Shown: positions 17,938-27,575 of the stretch, piece by piece
How positions within the stretch are numbered: position 1 is the first letter of the stretch
Layout: each line of letters opens with the position of its first letter
NCBI GenBank assembly: GCA_947628235.1
Contig: CANQZC010000004.1
Coordinates: forward strand, 12,314 to 76,313
Direction of reading: 5' to 3'
Source of the DNA: an uncultured Bacilli bacterium
GTDB taxonomy: Bacteria; Bacillota_I; Bacilli_A; RF39; UBA660
DNA length: 64,000 nt
Made by a program: the position numbers and the translations under genes
The notes under the pieces: generated by a model
Seen by the model: only the letters and a program-made list of their open reading frames with translations
Database searches by the model: none
What the model was told of the DNA's origin: nothing

Positions 17938-20073
17938 ATGGAATATATAGTAAAGATTTTAAGAACATTATTTTTCCACATAGATCGTGTTGTTTATGAA
18001 GGAATTGGAAGTGTTTATGATTTGTTGTTAAGAATAGCTAGAACAACTATTCTTAGTGACGATATGATCGGTGATTTTAGTGAGAGAATTTATGCCCTTA
18101 TTGGGATTTTTATGCTATTTAAGATTAGCATATCTCTCATTACATATGTTTTAAACCCGGACGAGTTTGTTGACAAGGAAAAAGGATTCTCTTCTATCAT
18201 AAAAAGAGTCGTTATTTCCCTCTTTTGCTTAGCTCTTGTTCCATACGGCTTTAAAGAACTATTTAGTTTGCAAACCATTTTATTAGAGGACAATACTTTG
18301 GCAGCTATATTTTTCGGCGATATTGATGATAGCGCCTATAAAATTGATACTGCGGGAGATAAAATAAAATTTATTTTGATGTATACATTCTTTCAACCAA
18401 ACTATCAGGGACTCTATGAAAATGAAGGTAATACTAAACTAGCAAGTTGCGCAATTACTTATGAATTTGAAGAAGTCTCTGGCTCTAGTCAGGGTAGAGT
18501 CAAGAAAAATGACGATGGCGCTTTTATGCTAAATCAAGAATGTTTCGGAACTTATAATGCAGATAGTCATGAATATGTACCATCAACTCCAGATACAAGT
18601 GCGCTTAATAGTGATTCTGATTATGGATCATATTGGGATGATAAAGATCTTTACCAAACTTATGCACAGGGTGTTGCTAGACAGAATTTTTACTTAATGT
18701 TTAGACACAATATAGCAATGGCTGAAAGAGGGAAAGATAAAGGTCTATATCTAGTAGATTATATGGCACCACTTAGTACAGCCGTTGGAGTAGCTGTTCT
18801 TTGGGTTTTAATTTTATTCTGTATTGATGTTGCTGTTCGTAGCGTAAAATTATCATTCTATCAGTTAATCGCGCCAATTCCAATCTTATCTTATGTAGAT
18901 CCTAAGAGTAAAGATGGAATGTTTACTAAATGGCTAAAACAAGTTGGAACAACTTTCTTAAGTCTATTTATGAGGTTAATTGCTTTATATTTAGCAATAT
19001 ACTTAATCTCTGAAGTTTCTGAATCAGGAATCAGAGATGTTATAACAGGAGAAAGAGTAACTGACTGGTGGGTACAAATCTTTGTTATCATCGGTGTGTT
19101 AATGTTTGCAAAACAATTACCAAAGATTCTTGAAGATACTTTAGGAATTAAGGGGACTGGTGATTTTACATTAAATCCATTAAAGAAGCTAGAATCTATT
19201 CCAGGTGGAAAAATGTTATCTGCTCCAGTTAAAGCAGTCGGAAATCTAGGAAAAGGTATTGCACGTGGAGCAACCTTAGGTGTTGGAGCAGCAGCTGGTG
19301 TAGGAATTGCAGGATTAGTAACTGGTCAAGGACTTCGTGGCGGCGCTATGGGAAAAGCTTTATTAGGTGCTGCTAGAGGAGAAAAATTTGGTAAAAACTT
19401 TGCAACTTCTTATGGAGCTGGACGAGCTAGAAAGAAAGAATTGGATCAGATGAAAGCAGATGGTGTTAGTGCAAGCCAAGTTAGAGGCGAGAAATTTTAT
19501 AATGCTTTCCATGGTGAAACCAAAGCAGAACATGTACAACATGCAGTAGATACAGCAAAAGCAATTCAAAGTAGATATGAATCTTATGAAAAAACAGCAG
19601 TAGGTGTCGATTCTTATGCAAAATACGCAGATAAACAAGCTAAGGCAGCTGCGGCTAGAGGTGATTTTGAATGGCAAAGAACTTGGGAGGACATTCGTGA
19701 TGACAGAATAAAAGAAATTCATACGAAAAATGGTGAAATTTCTACTTCTAAAAATGTAAGTGATTCATCATTCTTTGTAACGGATGCACATGGAACCGTT
19801 GATTATAGTCGTAGACTTGACAAAACTGGTGTAGAAGAAGGAACAACTCAGGTAAATGCAGCCTTGGCAAACTTAGCACATAGCATGACGCAACTTGCAA
19901 CTCAGTTCAACGAACAATATTCAACAGTGGCTGGATATTCTAAAATTGATGGAACTAAGGATCCAAAGGGTATGAAAAATGAGGCTCTTGGTGCTCAACA
20001 ATCTATTGAAACTAACTCTGCAAATACAACTATAAACGATGTTGCAAAATATACTGGCGGTTCTAAAAAATAA
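17938..20073 (+). CDS. VirB6/ConG/TcpH-like polytopic membrane protein with a Gly/Ala-rich hydrophilic C-terminal region
   Basis: It is 711 aa with 5 or more TM segments spread over the first 400 aa. It lies upstream of VirB3-like and VirB4 genes. Confidence 0.45.
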   Translation: MEYIVKILRTLFFHIDRVVYEGIGSVYDLLLRIARTTILSDDMIGDFSERIYALIGIFMLFKISISLITYVLNPDEFVDKEKGFSSIIKRVVISLFCLALVPYGFKELFSLQTILLEDNTLAAIFFGDIDDSAYKIDTAGDKIKFILMYTFFQPNYQGLYENEGNTKLASCAITYEFEEVSGSSQGRVKKNDDGAFMLNQECFGTYNADSHEYVPSTPDTSALNSDSDYGSYWDDKDLYQTYAQGVARQNFYLMFRHNIAMAERGKDKGLYLVDYMAPLSTAVGVAVLWVLILFCIDVAVRSVKLSFYQLIAPIPILSYVDPKSKDGMFTKWLKQVGTTFLSLFMRLIALYLAIYLISEVSESGIRDVITGERVTDWWVQIFVIIGVLMFAKQLPKILEDTLGIKGTGDFTLNPLKKLESIPGGKMLSAPVKAVGNLGKGIARGATLGVGAAAGVGIAGLVTGQGLRGGAMGKALLGAARGEKFGKNFATSYGAGRARKKELDQMKADGVSASQVRGEKFYNAFHGETKAEHVQHAVDTAKAIQSRYESYEKTAVGVDSYAKYADKQAKAAAARGDFEWQRTWEDIRDDRIKEIHTKNGEISTSKNVSDSSFFVTDAHGTVDYSRRLDKTGVEEGTTQVNAALANLAHSMTQLATQFNEQYSTVAGYSKIDGTKDPKGMKNEALGAQQSIETNSANTTINDVAKYTGGSKK

Positions 20074-20093
20074 TAAAAGGGGTGTGAAAAAAT

Positions 20094-20426
20094 ATGGGAC
20101 AATATTTAATACCGGCTAACTCGAAAAAATCCATGCTAATATTAGGTGTATTTAATCAACTTGACTTATGGATATTTCTAGTTGGATTACTCATTTCGTT
20201 AGTATTACTATTAATACTTCCAGTGGACCAATTGCCGTATGCAATTACGGCAATTGCCCCTGGTGCATTTTGTGCATTCTTGGTAATGCCAATACCAAAC
20301 TATCACAATGTGCGTACTTTTTTTAGAGTAGCATTTGTATTTTATACAACTAGACAACATTTTGTATGGAAAGGATGGTGCTTTAATAGTGGCGAAGACG
20401 GCGAGAAGCAAGTATACAGAAGCTGA
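20094..20426 (+). CDS. VirB3/PrgI-like small two-TM protein
   Basis: It is 110 aa with two hydrophobic helices and sits immediately upstream of VirB4. Confidence 0.4.
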   Translation: MGQYLIPANSKKSMLILGVFNQLDLWIFLVGLLISLVLLLILPVDQLPYAITAIAPGAFCAFLVMPIPNYHNVRTFFRVAFVFYTTRQHFVWKGWCFNSGEDGEKQVYRS

Positions 20427-20934
20427 TGTTCCTGTAAAAAGCATTACGAATGGTACTATTTTACTAGATAATGGTCAAAAGGTTACTGGTGTTAAAATTA
20501 TGCCTAGAAATATCTTTATCTTGGAACCAGCAACGCAGAATGCCATTATTACTAACTTAAAAACAGTATTCAATGTTATCGATTTTGAATTCTGGATTAT
20601 TGTTGCTGATAGACCAGTAGATATTAATGTATATCTTTCTCAATTGCAATTACTATATAACACAACCACTGATCCTGCCCGTAGAAAGATTATTAACGAA
20701 GATATCAATAAAGCAAATATGTTTGCTGCTAATAATGTAGTTGATACAGAATACTTCTTAGTTTTTAAAGAGAAAGATAATGAACTTATCAATAAGAGAA
20801 TTAGAAACTTAATTGGAAACTTTGCAAATGCTGGATTAACGGCATTCCAAACAACCAATGACGATTTAAGAATGATTTTAGACAACTTCTTAAATGGTGG
20901 TATGACAACAGAATTTGGGACGGTGTTATCATGA
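20335..20934 (+). CDS. VirB4 N-terminal-domain-like protein encoded as a separate ORF; start uncertain (the ATG at 20335 overlaps the previous gene; a GTG at 20389 follows AAGGATGG)
   Basis: Its 199 aa plus the next ORF's 595 aa add up to a typical VirB4 length, with Walker A about 440 aa from the combined start. Its stop overlaps the next start in ATGA. Confidence 0.4.
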   Translation: MYFIQLDNILYGKDGALIVAKTARSKYTEADVPVKSITNGTILLDNGQKVTGVKIMPRNIFILEPATQNAIITNLKTVFNVIDFEFWIIVADRPVDINVYLSQLQLLYNTTTDPARRKIINEDINKANMFAANNVVDTEYFLVFKEKDNELINKRIRNLIGNFANAGLTAFQTTNDDLRMILDNFLNGGMTTEFGTVLS

Positions 20935-22718
20935 TGGATGTTAGAAGCCAAATTGCTCCTAAAGGCTTGGAGTTTAAACCTGCTTCTTTTGTAATAAGTG
21001 ATAAATATGCAACCATCTTAACGGTTATTGGATATCCTAAATATATTTATCCTGGATATTTATCATCTTTAACATCTATGTCAGGTATCAAATTAGTTAT
21101 TAAAAATATCCCACTTCCTTTTAGCTCTATTCAAAAAATGTTAAACAAGGAAATTGCGGATTTAAAACAAAGATATCAAGATGAACATGATAGAACGATT
21201 CAAGAGCGTATTAGACAAGACTACGACTCTTTGGAACAATTCGTTTCTGAGTTAGCTGCTAGTCAAGCAAAAATCTATGATTTTCAAATGCATATTATGA
21301 TTACAGCCAATTCTGAAGATGAATTAACGGTAAAAAAATTACAAGTAAGAAATTATTTGGAAGCAATGGAGATGAGAGCAATCCCACTTCGCTTCGAACA
21401 AGAAAAAGTATTAAAATCTATGTTAGCAATCTATCCTAAACAGGATATTGAAGATAGAATTGGAACTCCAATTCCAGCGCCAACGATTGCTGCTATGTAT
21501 CCATTTATTTTTGATAGTATTAAGGACCCAGGACTTTCTACTTTATTAGGGGTAGACTTTTCTGGTGGAGTTATTTTGTTTAATCAATTCTTATATCAAA
21601 TTAAGAAGGAGCACAATCGAAATAACGCTAATATGATTATCCTTGGTACTTCTGGTAGTGGTAAATCTACTGCTGCTAAACTATTACTTAGATCACATCT
21701 TCGTAATAACAATCAAATTGTTGTTATTGACCCTGAAGGGGAACTTGAAGATATGTGTAAACTCTATAGTGGAGACTTTATCAGTTTAGGTAAAGGTGGA
21801 GATTTCGGTATGATTAATCCCCTTGAAGTAGTTATGGATGCTGATGAAGAAGAGATTAAGCAAGGACTAGGATACACAACTTTAACGAGAACTTTACAAT
21901 CTGTAAAAGCATTCTTGAAGTATTATGATCCAACAACAGAAGAAGATGTTACCAATATGTTTAGTGAGATTCTTCAGGAAACTTATCGAAGATTTAACAT
22001 TAACTTTGAGACAGACTTTACAAAGTTGACATCTGAAGATTATCCAACTTTAAAAGATGTTTACGCAACGATTAAAGGAAAAATCTTATCTATGCCAGAA
22101 AGAACACAAGAAAGAGATGTTTTGGAAAGACTAGAGTTAAAGATTCGTCCACTTATCAAGGAATTAAGATATTACTTTGATGGACATACAACAATTCATT
22201 CTAATAGTGATTTCATTGTATTTAACATTAAGGAGTTAATGAATTCTGATACAAATATTAGAAATGCATTATTCTTCAATGTTCTTAAGTTTGCATGGAG
22301 TTTAACTCTAGATGCTTCTCATAATACGGTATTAATGGTTGATGAGGCACATGTATTGTTAAGTAATCAAAATGCCTTAGGTGCGGATTTCTTAGCGCAA
22401 ATTCAAAGACGTGCTAGAAAATATAACACAGGAACCATTATTATTACACAACAACCAACCGATTTCTGTGATCCAGCCGTATTTGTTCAAGGAAAAGCAA
22501 TTTTTGATAACGCTTCTTATTATTTAGCAATGGGATTAAAGAAGCAAGCAGCTGAAGATTTAGCTCGTTTAATTGATTTAAATGAAAGTGAAATTGACAG
22601 TATTAAGAGATATGGTCAAGGAGAAGCATTATTCATATGCGGTTCAAGACGCATGAGAATTAATATTGTTGTAACAGATGAAGAATTAGAGTCTTTCGGT
22701 AAAGGCGGAGGACTATAA
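20931..22718 (+). CDS. VirB4-family type IV secretion ATPase (ATPase domain portion)
   Basis: Walker A ILGTSGSGKSTAAKLL; Walker B region VLMVDEAH; a C-terminal region typical of VirB4, PrgJ, TcpF and TraE. Confidence 0.8.
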   Translation: MMDVRSQIAPKGLEFKPASFVISDKYATILTVIGYPKYIYPGYLSSLTSMSGIKLVIKNIPLPFSSIQKMLNKEIADLKQRYQDEHDRTIQERIRQDYDSLEQFVSELAASQAKIYDFQMHIMITANSEDELTVKKLQVRNYLEAMEMRAIPLRFEQEKVLKSMLAIYPKQDIEDRIGTPIPAPTIAAMYPFIFDSIKDPGLSTLLGVDFSGGVILFNQFLYQIKKEHNRNNANMIILGTSGSGKSTAAKLLLRSHLRNNNQIVVIDPEGELEDMCKLYSGDFISLGKGGDFGMINPLEVVMDADEEEIKQGLGYTTLTRTLQSVKAFLKYYDPTTEEDVTNMFSEILQETYRRFNINFETDFTKLTSEDYPTLKDVYATIKGKILSMPERTQERDVLERLELKIRPLIKELRYYFDGHTTIHSNSDFIVFNIKELMNSDTNIRNALFFNVLKFAWSLTLDASHNTVLMVDEAHVLLSNQNALGADFLAQIQRRARKYNTGTIIITQQPTDFCDPAVFVQGKAIFDNASYYLAMGLKKQAAEDLARLIDLNESEIDSIKRYGQGEALFICGSRRMRINIVVTDEELESFGKGGGL

Positions 22719-22741
22719 AATTTTAGCGAGTAGGTGAATCT

Positions 22742-24763
22742 ATGAATAATAAGCCAAATAACGGTGGCGGTGGAACCCCATCGTTATCACCTTCTGTGAA
22801 GGAAAGAGATTTAGAGAGTCAAGGGAAAAATTTGATGGAGGGAAAAGCTCGTGCTGTTACTCCTCCTCCTATTCCTAAAAGTAATCCAAGTAGTTCCAAT
22901 GCATCTTTACCTAAGCAGGGTGGAATTCCTAGTCAAGAAAGGGTAGGTTCTAAGGAAGGTATTGGCAGTCAAGGAGGACTGCCACCCAGAGAAAGCATTA
23001 ATAGTGGTGCTGGAACTCCAGCTGCACATAATGGACAAGGTGGGGGAGTTGCTGCAGGTGGAAAATCTAATCCACAAGCTCAGGCTTTAAAAAATAGAGT
23101 GGCTTCTGCTGCTCTTCAGGCGGCAGGAGTACCTAAGGCTGTTAGTGATATGGCTGTCAATTCAAAACTTGGTAAAAAAGCTATGACGGCGATGCAAGAC
23201 CCTGCTAAAGCGGCTCTTAATGGTGTAAAAAATGTAGGAAAAAGTGAAGCTGAAAAGGATGCTGCTGAAAAAGAAGAGGAAGAAAAAGAAAAGGAAAAAA
23301 CAACAGGCGGAGTTACTTTGAGGGTACCTCTTTCCGTAAAACTTACTATTTTCTTAGGAATTTTACCTTCTTTTTGCTTTATTATCATTTTTATGATGAT
23401 TATTGTTTCTTATGTAGCCGATGAAAAAGCATTTAATATTTTCATGGGTAAAATTGTAGGAGATAAAGATGCTAGCGATATATATGATTTCAAAGAAGAA
23501 ATGGGTATGGGTGGTACTCTAGACGATATTGGTATGGGTACTGGTGGAATTACTTTTGATGAATTCTTAAATAGATATCAAAATTTAGGAAATATTTATG
23601 AATATTTTGATTGTGAATCTAAAGAAGAATGCTTAGAGAGAGACGAAGTAAAATTTTATATCAAAGTCAATGATATTATGCTTCGTTACTATCATAAATA
23701 TAATGGTATTAATTTAGACTGGGAGTTGTTAATGTCAACCGTATTAAGTCTAGACATTGATGTGAAAGAAATGTTTAAAGAACTATGGCATTCTTATAAC
23801 TATGATGATGTTGAAAATTATGAAATCTTAATGGATTTAGATTGGGATTATGATTATAAAAAAATTCCTGGGTATGATTATTTAAGCCCTAGCGATTATC
23901 GCTATGATTTACAGATACTCGCGAAAAATATGGTTACGAAAACGACTACTCAGACTTGTACAAAATTAGTAAGAAATGAAGATGGTTCTACTTCTACCGT
24001 AGTAACGAAAACAAGAACAGATACAGATATCGAAGATATGTATCTTCAACCAGGACAACCATATTATTTAAAATGCGATGCTGGAGAAACTTATCATATT
24101 TCTAGTAATTACCGGTTAGATATGGATAAATATGATGAATTTTTATCTGAATACTTAGAGAAAAAATTATATTTGCCTGAAACGGCAGATGATAGTTATA
24201 TTCCAGATGAAAATGGTCAAATCACAATTGATCATGTAACAGGAGATAGTTTATCTGCTAAAATGGTTAATTTAGCCCTTGCTCAACAAGGAATAGAGGG
24301 TAGTTATGAACACAACGGTGATAATAATGTCATTTATAATACTTGGTATTATGGAAGAGAAGTTAGTGGATCAGCTTATCCTTGGTGTGCAGCTTTCGTA
24401 TCTTGGGTAGTAGCGCATACCGAACATGATGGTACTCAGTTATTAAGTATTTTAAATCATAAATCTGCATCTGTGCAGAATTGGGCCAGTTATTTTCAAA
24501 ATACTTCTACATTACAGCTTAAAAATTCTTCCTATTTAGGAGGTAATTACACACCAAAACAAGGAGATATGATTTTCTTCTCTTGGAAAGGTGATAATGG
24601 TTGTAGTAATACTGGAATCAGCACCATGGATCATATTGGTATTGTCGTTGAAGTACAAGGAAATAATGTTATTACTATCGAAGGAAATACTGCCAATAAG
24701 GTAGCAACCAGAACTTATGCGTTAGATAGTTGTGAAATTACAGCCTATGGGGTTTGGTACTAA
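22742..24763 (+). CDS. Membrane-anchored peptidoglycan hydrolase with a C-terminal CHAP domain (functional analog of VirB1, TcpG and CwlT)
   Basis: A 190 aa G/P/S/A-rich N-terminal region is followed by one TM. The C-terminus has the CHAP Cys (YPWCAAFVSW) and His (DHIGIVVEV) motifs. Confidence 0.65.
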   Translation: MNNKPNNGGGGTPSLSPSVKERDLESQGKNLMEGKARAVTPPPIPKSNPSSSNASLPKQGGIPSQERVGSKEGIGSQGGLPPRESINSGAGTPAAHNGQGGGVAAGGKSNPQAQALKNRVASAALQAAGVPKAVSDMAVNSKLGKKAMTAMQDPAKAALNGVKNVGKSEAEKDAAEKEEEEKEKEKTTGGVTLRVPLSVKLTIFLGILPSFCFIIIFMMIIVSYVADEKAFNIFMGKIVGDKDASDIYDFKEEMGMGGTLDDIGMGTGGITFDEFLNRYQNLGNIYEYFDCESKEECLERDEVKFYIKVNDIMLRYYHKYNGINLDWELLMSTVLSLDIDVKEMFKELWHSYNYDDVENYEILMDLDWDYDYKKIPGYDYLSPSDYRYDLQILAKNMVTKTTTQTCTKLVRNEDGSTSTVVTKTRTDTDIEDMYLQPGQPYYLKCDAGETYHISSNYRLDMDKYDEFLSEYLEKKLYLPETADDSYIPDENGQITIDHVTGDSLSAKMVNLALAQQGIEGSYEHNGDNNVIYNTWYYGREVSGSAYPWCAAFVSWVVAHTEHDGTQLLSILNHKSASVQNWASYFQNTSTLQLKNSSYLGGNYTPKQGDMIFFSWKGDNGCSNTGISTMDHIGIVVEVQGNNVITIEGNTANKVATRTYALDSCEITAYGVWY

Positions 24764-24766
24764 GAG

Positions 24767-25456
24767 GTGCTTATGAAAAAAATAATTGGACTATTTGTAT
24801 TAACCCTTTTTATTAGTGGGTGTAGTAGTGAATATAATGTAAAAATTACTTCTGATAAGATAGAGGAAAATATCAACATTGTTGTGGATAAAAGTTTAAT
24901 AGGAGAAGATGCGGGAAATCCAAATGACCCTGTCAATCCAACAGAATCAGACGATCAAATTACCCCATTTATCAAAGGAGATCAATATCCATTTTCTAAT
25001 AATACTTCTCAAAAATATGAAAAAGTGGTTACTGAAGATAAAGATAATTATTATATTCAATTAAATTATTCTTTTCTTCCATCTCAATATGGAAACTCAA
25101 CTGCACTTTCTAGTTGCTTTGAAAAACATGAATTTGTAGAAAATGAGAAGTATTATGAAATCAAATTGGGAGGAGCTTTTTACTGTTTATATTCTGATGC
25201 TTTAACCATTAATTTAAATACTCCAAATATTGTTAAAGAAAACAATGCAGAACAAGTGAATGGCGATACCTACACTTGGACAATCAATAATCAAAATGTT
25301 CGAAATACAGATATTTCTATTAAAATTATGAAGACAACCAAATGGCAACAATATCTTATTTATGGAATTATGATTGGTGTTATAGTAATTGTTGTGATTG
25401 GTGCTCTTGTTTTAGCGAATATATTTGCGAATAAAGAATCTCGTAATAAAATCTAG
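24767..25456 (+). CDS. Lipoprotein with a C-terminal TM anchor
   Basis: Lipobox FISGCSS; a C-terminal hydrophobic helix followed by KESRNKI. Confidence 0.5.
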   Translation: MLMKKIIGLFVLTLFISGCSSEYNVKITSDKIEENINIVVDKSLIGEDAGNPNDPVNPTESDDQITPFIKGDQYPFSNNTSQKYEKVVTEDKDNYYIQLNYSFLPSQYGNSTALSSCFEKHEFVENEKYYEIKLGGAFYCLYSDALTINLNTPNIVKENNAEQVNGDTYTWTINNQNVRNTDISIKIMKTTKWQQYLIYGIMIGVIVIVVIGALVLANIFANKESRNKI

Positions 25457-25466
25457 GAGGTGCTAT

Positions 25467-26855
25467 ATGAAAAAGAGAATGAAAAAAATTTTTATAGCCA
25501 ATTTAGTGATATGTCTTTGTCTATTTCATATAGCAAATGTTTTTTCCTATGAATACATAGATTCAAAGAATAAAACACCAGTGGAGCAAAAGAAAAAAGA
25601 AATTTATCAAATGCAGCAGATGTATCAGTTCCTTTTAGGGGAAGACGAGTCTAACTACATTATGAATTATAGTGGAGCATGTAGTACGGTTACTGTCGAA
25701 GGTAGTGGTACATATACACTAGATCAGTATATTGCTGGAGTTGTTAAGGCGGAGGTAGGATCTGAATCTGATAAGCCAGAACTTTTAAAAGCACAGGCAA
25801 TTGCCGCTAGATCTTTTGTTATTGCTAGTATGGGAGAAGATACTTTGACCTGTACCGTTCCTAATGGTCAAAGTTTCCAAGCATTCTCTGAAGTAAGTGA
25901 TGGAAACTCAGCAGATGCTCCTTACATTAAAGCCGCTCAAGAAACTTCTGGAATGGTTATTATGAAAGATGGAAAAGTAGCGCTTACGCAATACTTATCT
26001 TATCCAAATAGTAAATTCTGTTATGAAGTGGATGGAAAGTGGCATATTAATTTTCAAAAATTTGGAAGTGATTCAAGCACTGCTTGGGAATGGGTTGGAC
26101 CTTCTAAAGCAGAAGTATTAGCTGCTAATAACTGGGCTCCTCAGTCAGGAGCACCTTCTACTACTCACCATTTTGGAATGAGTCAAATTGTAGCTGGATG
26201 GATGGCAGCAAATGGCAAAACATATCAAGAAATTCTAGAGACTTTCTATGGGGAAAGTATTGGTATGTTAAGCGACGGTAATTACACTGGAGAATTAGAG
26301 TTTGTAGATTCTGATTTCGGTCAAATTACTTATTGGAACCAAGGAGATTTTGGTAATTATTACTATTCTTCTGATGTATCTACTCCTCAGTATAAAGGTT
26401 CTAGTGGAAAGTGGGCAACAATTGCTAGTCACGGTTGTGGTCCATCTTCTATGGCTATTATTTTATCTAGTTTTACGGGACAACAAATCTCTCCAATTAC
26501 GACGACACAACAAGTGTGTAAATTAGGAGGATGTACAAGTGGCGGTAGTACTTATGGTTCTCTTGCCCAACTTGCTAAACAATATGGATACAAAGCAGAA
26601 TTTGTTGGCAAAGATGGTAATCTTTCTAAGGTAACCAATGCCCTTGCTAGTGGAAATTCTTTAGTAGTAGCGCTTATGGGACCTGGAGTATTTACGAGTG
26701 GTGGTCACTATATTGTTCTTACAGGAACAAGATCTGATGGAATGGTATCTGTTGCTGATCCTGCAAGTAGAAAAAGAACACAACAAAAATGGTTTTCATT
26801 TAATTTAGTTGTTTCACAAGCAAAAGGTAGCGGATTCTTAATTGTTACTAAATAG
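25467..26855 (+). CDS. Secreted bifunctional cell-wall hydrolase: a SpoIID/LytB-like domain plus a C39-like cysteine peptidase domain
   Basis: The ATG at 25467 follows a TAGGAGGTG RBS. The SpoIID-type motif LLKAQAIAARSFVI is present. The C-terminus has GCGPSSMAIIL ... GGHYIVLTG, a Cys and His pair. Confidence 0.55.
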   Translation: MKKRMKKIFIANLVICLCLFHIANVFSYEYIDSKNKTPVEQKKKEIYQMQQMYQFLLGEDESNYIMNYSGACSTVTVEGSGTYTLDQYIAGVVKAEVGSESDKPELLKAQAIAARSFVIASMGEDTLTCTVPNGQSFQAFSEVSDGNSADAPYIKAAQETSGMVIMKDGKVALTQYLSYPNSKFCYEVDGKWHINFQKFGSDSSTAWEWVGPSKAEVLAANNWAPQSGAPSTTHHFGMSQIVAGWMAANGKTYQEILETFYGESIGMLSDGNYTGELEFVDSDFGQITYWNQGDFGNYYYSSDVSTPQYKGSSGKWATIASHGCGPSSMAIILSSFTGQQISPITTTQQVCKLGGCTSGGSTYGSLAQLAKQYGYKAEFVGKDGNLSKVTNALASGNSLVVALMGPGVFTSGGHYIVLTGTRSDGMVSVADPASRKRTQQKWFSFNLVVSQAKGSGFLIVTK

Positions 26856-26864
26856 GAGGAATTT

Positions 26865-27557
26865 ATGAGAAAAAAGTTAATCTTATTACTTTTATTGGTA
26901 ATGTTATGTTGTGGATGTGAGGCAAATTATACTTTAAAAATCAATGATGATTTAACGGTAGTGGAAACTATTAGCGCTACGGAAGGCCCTGAATTCTTTA
27001 GTGAATATCCAAAGTCTTCTGTACAATGGGTAGTTGGTTCTGTTTTTATAGAACCAAACCTAGAGTATATTAATAAAATAGGGTACGATATTAATTACAT
27101 TACTTCCAAAGAAGAGGGAGGAGCTAAACTTATTGGAAAATATAGTAGTTTAGACGAATATAAAGAGAAATCTGAATTTCCTAATCAAATAGATGGGGAA
27201 TGGAATTATACGAAAGATGGAGATCTTATTACCCTTTCTTTAAAAGGAAGATTTTCCGCTGATGAGCAAGATCAAGATGGAAGATATAAAATAGATAATG
27301 GAACTATCAGTATTACGGTTCCCTTTACCGTAACCAATCAAAACGCTGATAGCGTAAATAAAGAAACAAATACCTATACTTGGCATTTTGATAATGAAAA
27401 GGAGAAAGAGTTAACGATTACTTTTGACTCTTCTAGTTTAAAGAAAGATGAATTTCCATATATCGTAATTGCTATTGTAGTTGTTTTAGTTATCATTATT
27501 TTCTATGGAATAATGATAGCAATTGATAAAAATAAGCGTAGAAATAAATTAGATTAA
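26865..27557 (+). CDS. Lipoprotein with a C-terminal TM anchor (architecture paralogous to the ORF at 24767)
   Basis: Lipobox LCCGCEA; a C-terminal hydrophobic helix followed by KNKRRNK. Confidence 0.5.
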   Translation: MRKKLILLLLLVMLCCGCEANYTLKINDDLTVVETISATEGPEFFSEYPKSSVQWVVGSVFIEPNLEYINKIGYDINYITSKEEGGAKLIGKYSSLDEYKEKSEFPNQIDGEWNYTKDGDLITLSLKGRFSADEQDQDGRYKIDNGTISITVPFTVTNQNADSVNKETNTYTWHFDNEKEKELTITFDSSSLKKDEFPYIVIAIVVVLVIIIFYGIMIAIDKNKRRNKLD

Positions 27558-27575
27558 TAGAGAGTAGGTGATACC

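Noticed and set aside
20931-20934. Programmed frameshift joining the two VirB4 ORFs
   Set aside because: The ATGA overlap with a clean ATG and no slippery heptamer looks like ordinary translational coupling. It is left as an open question in findings.
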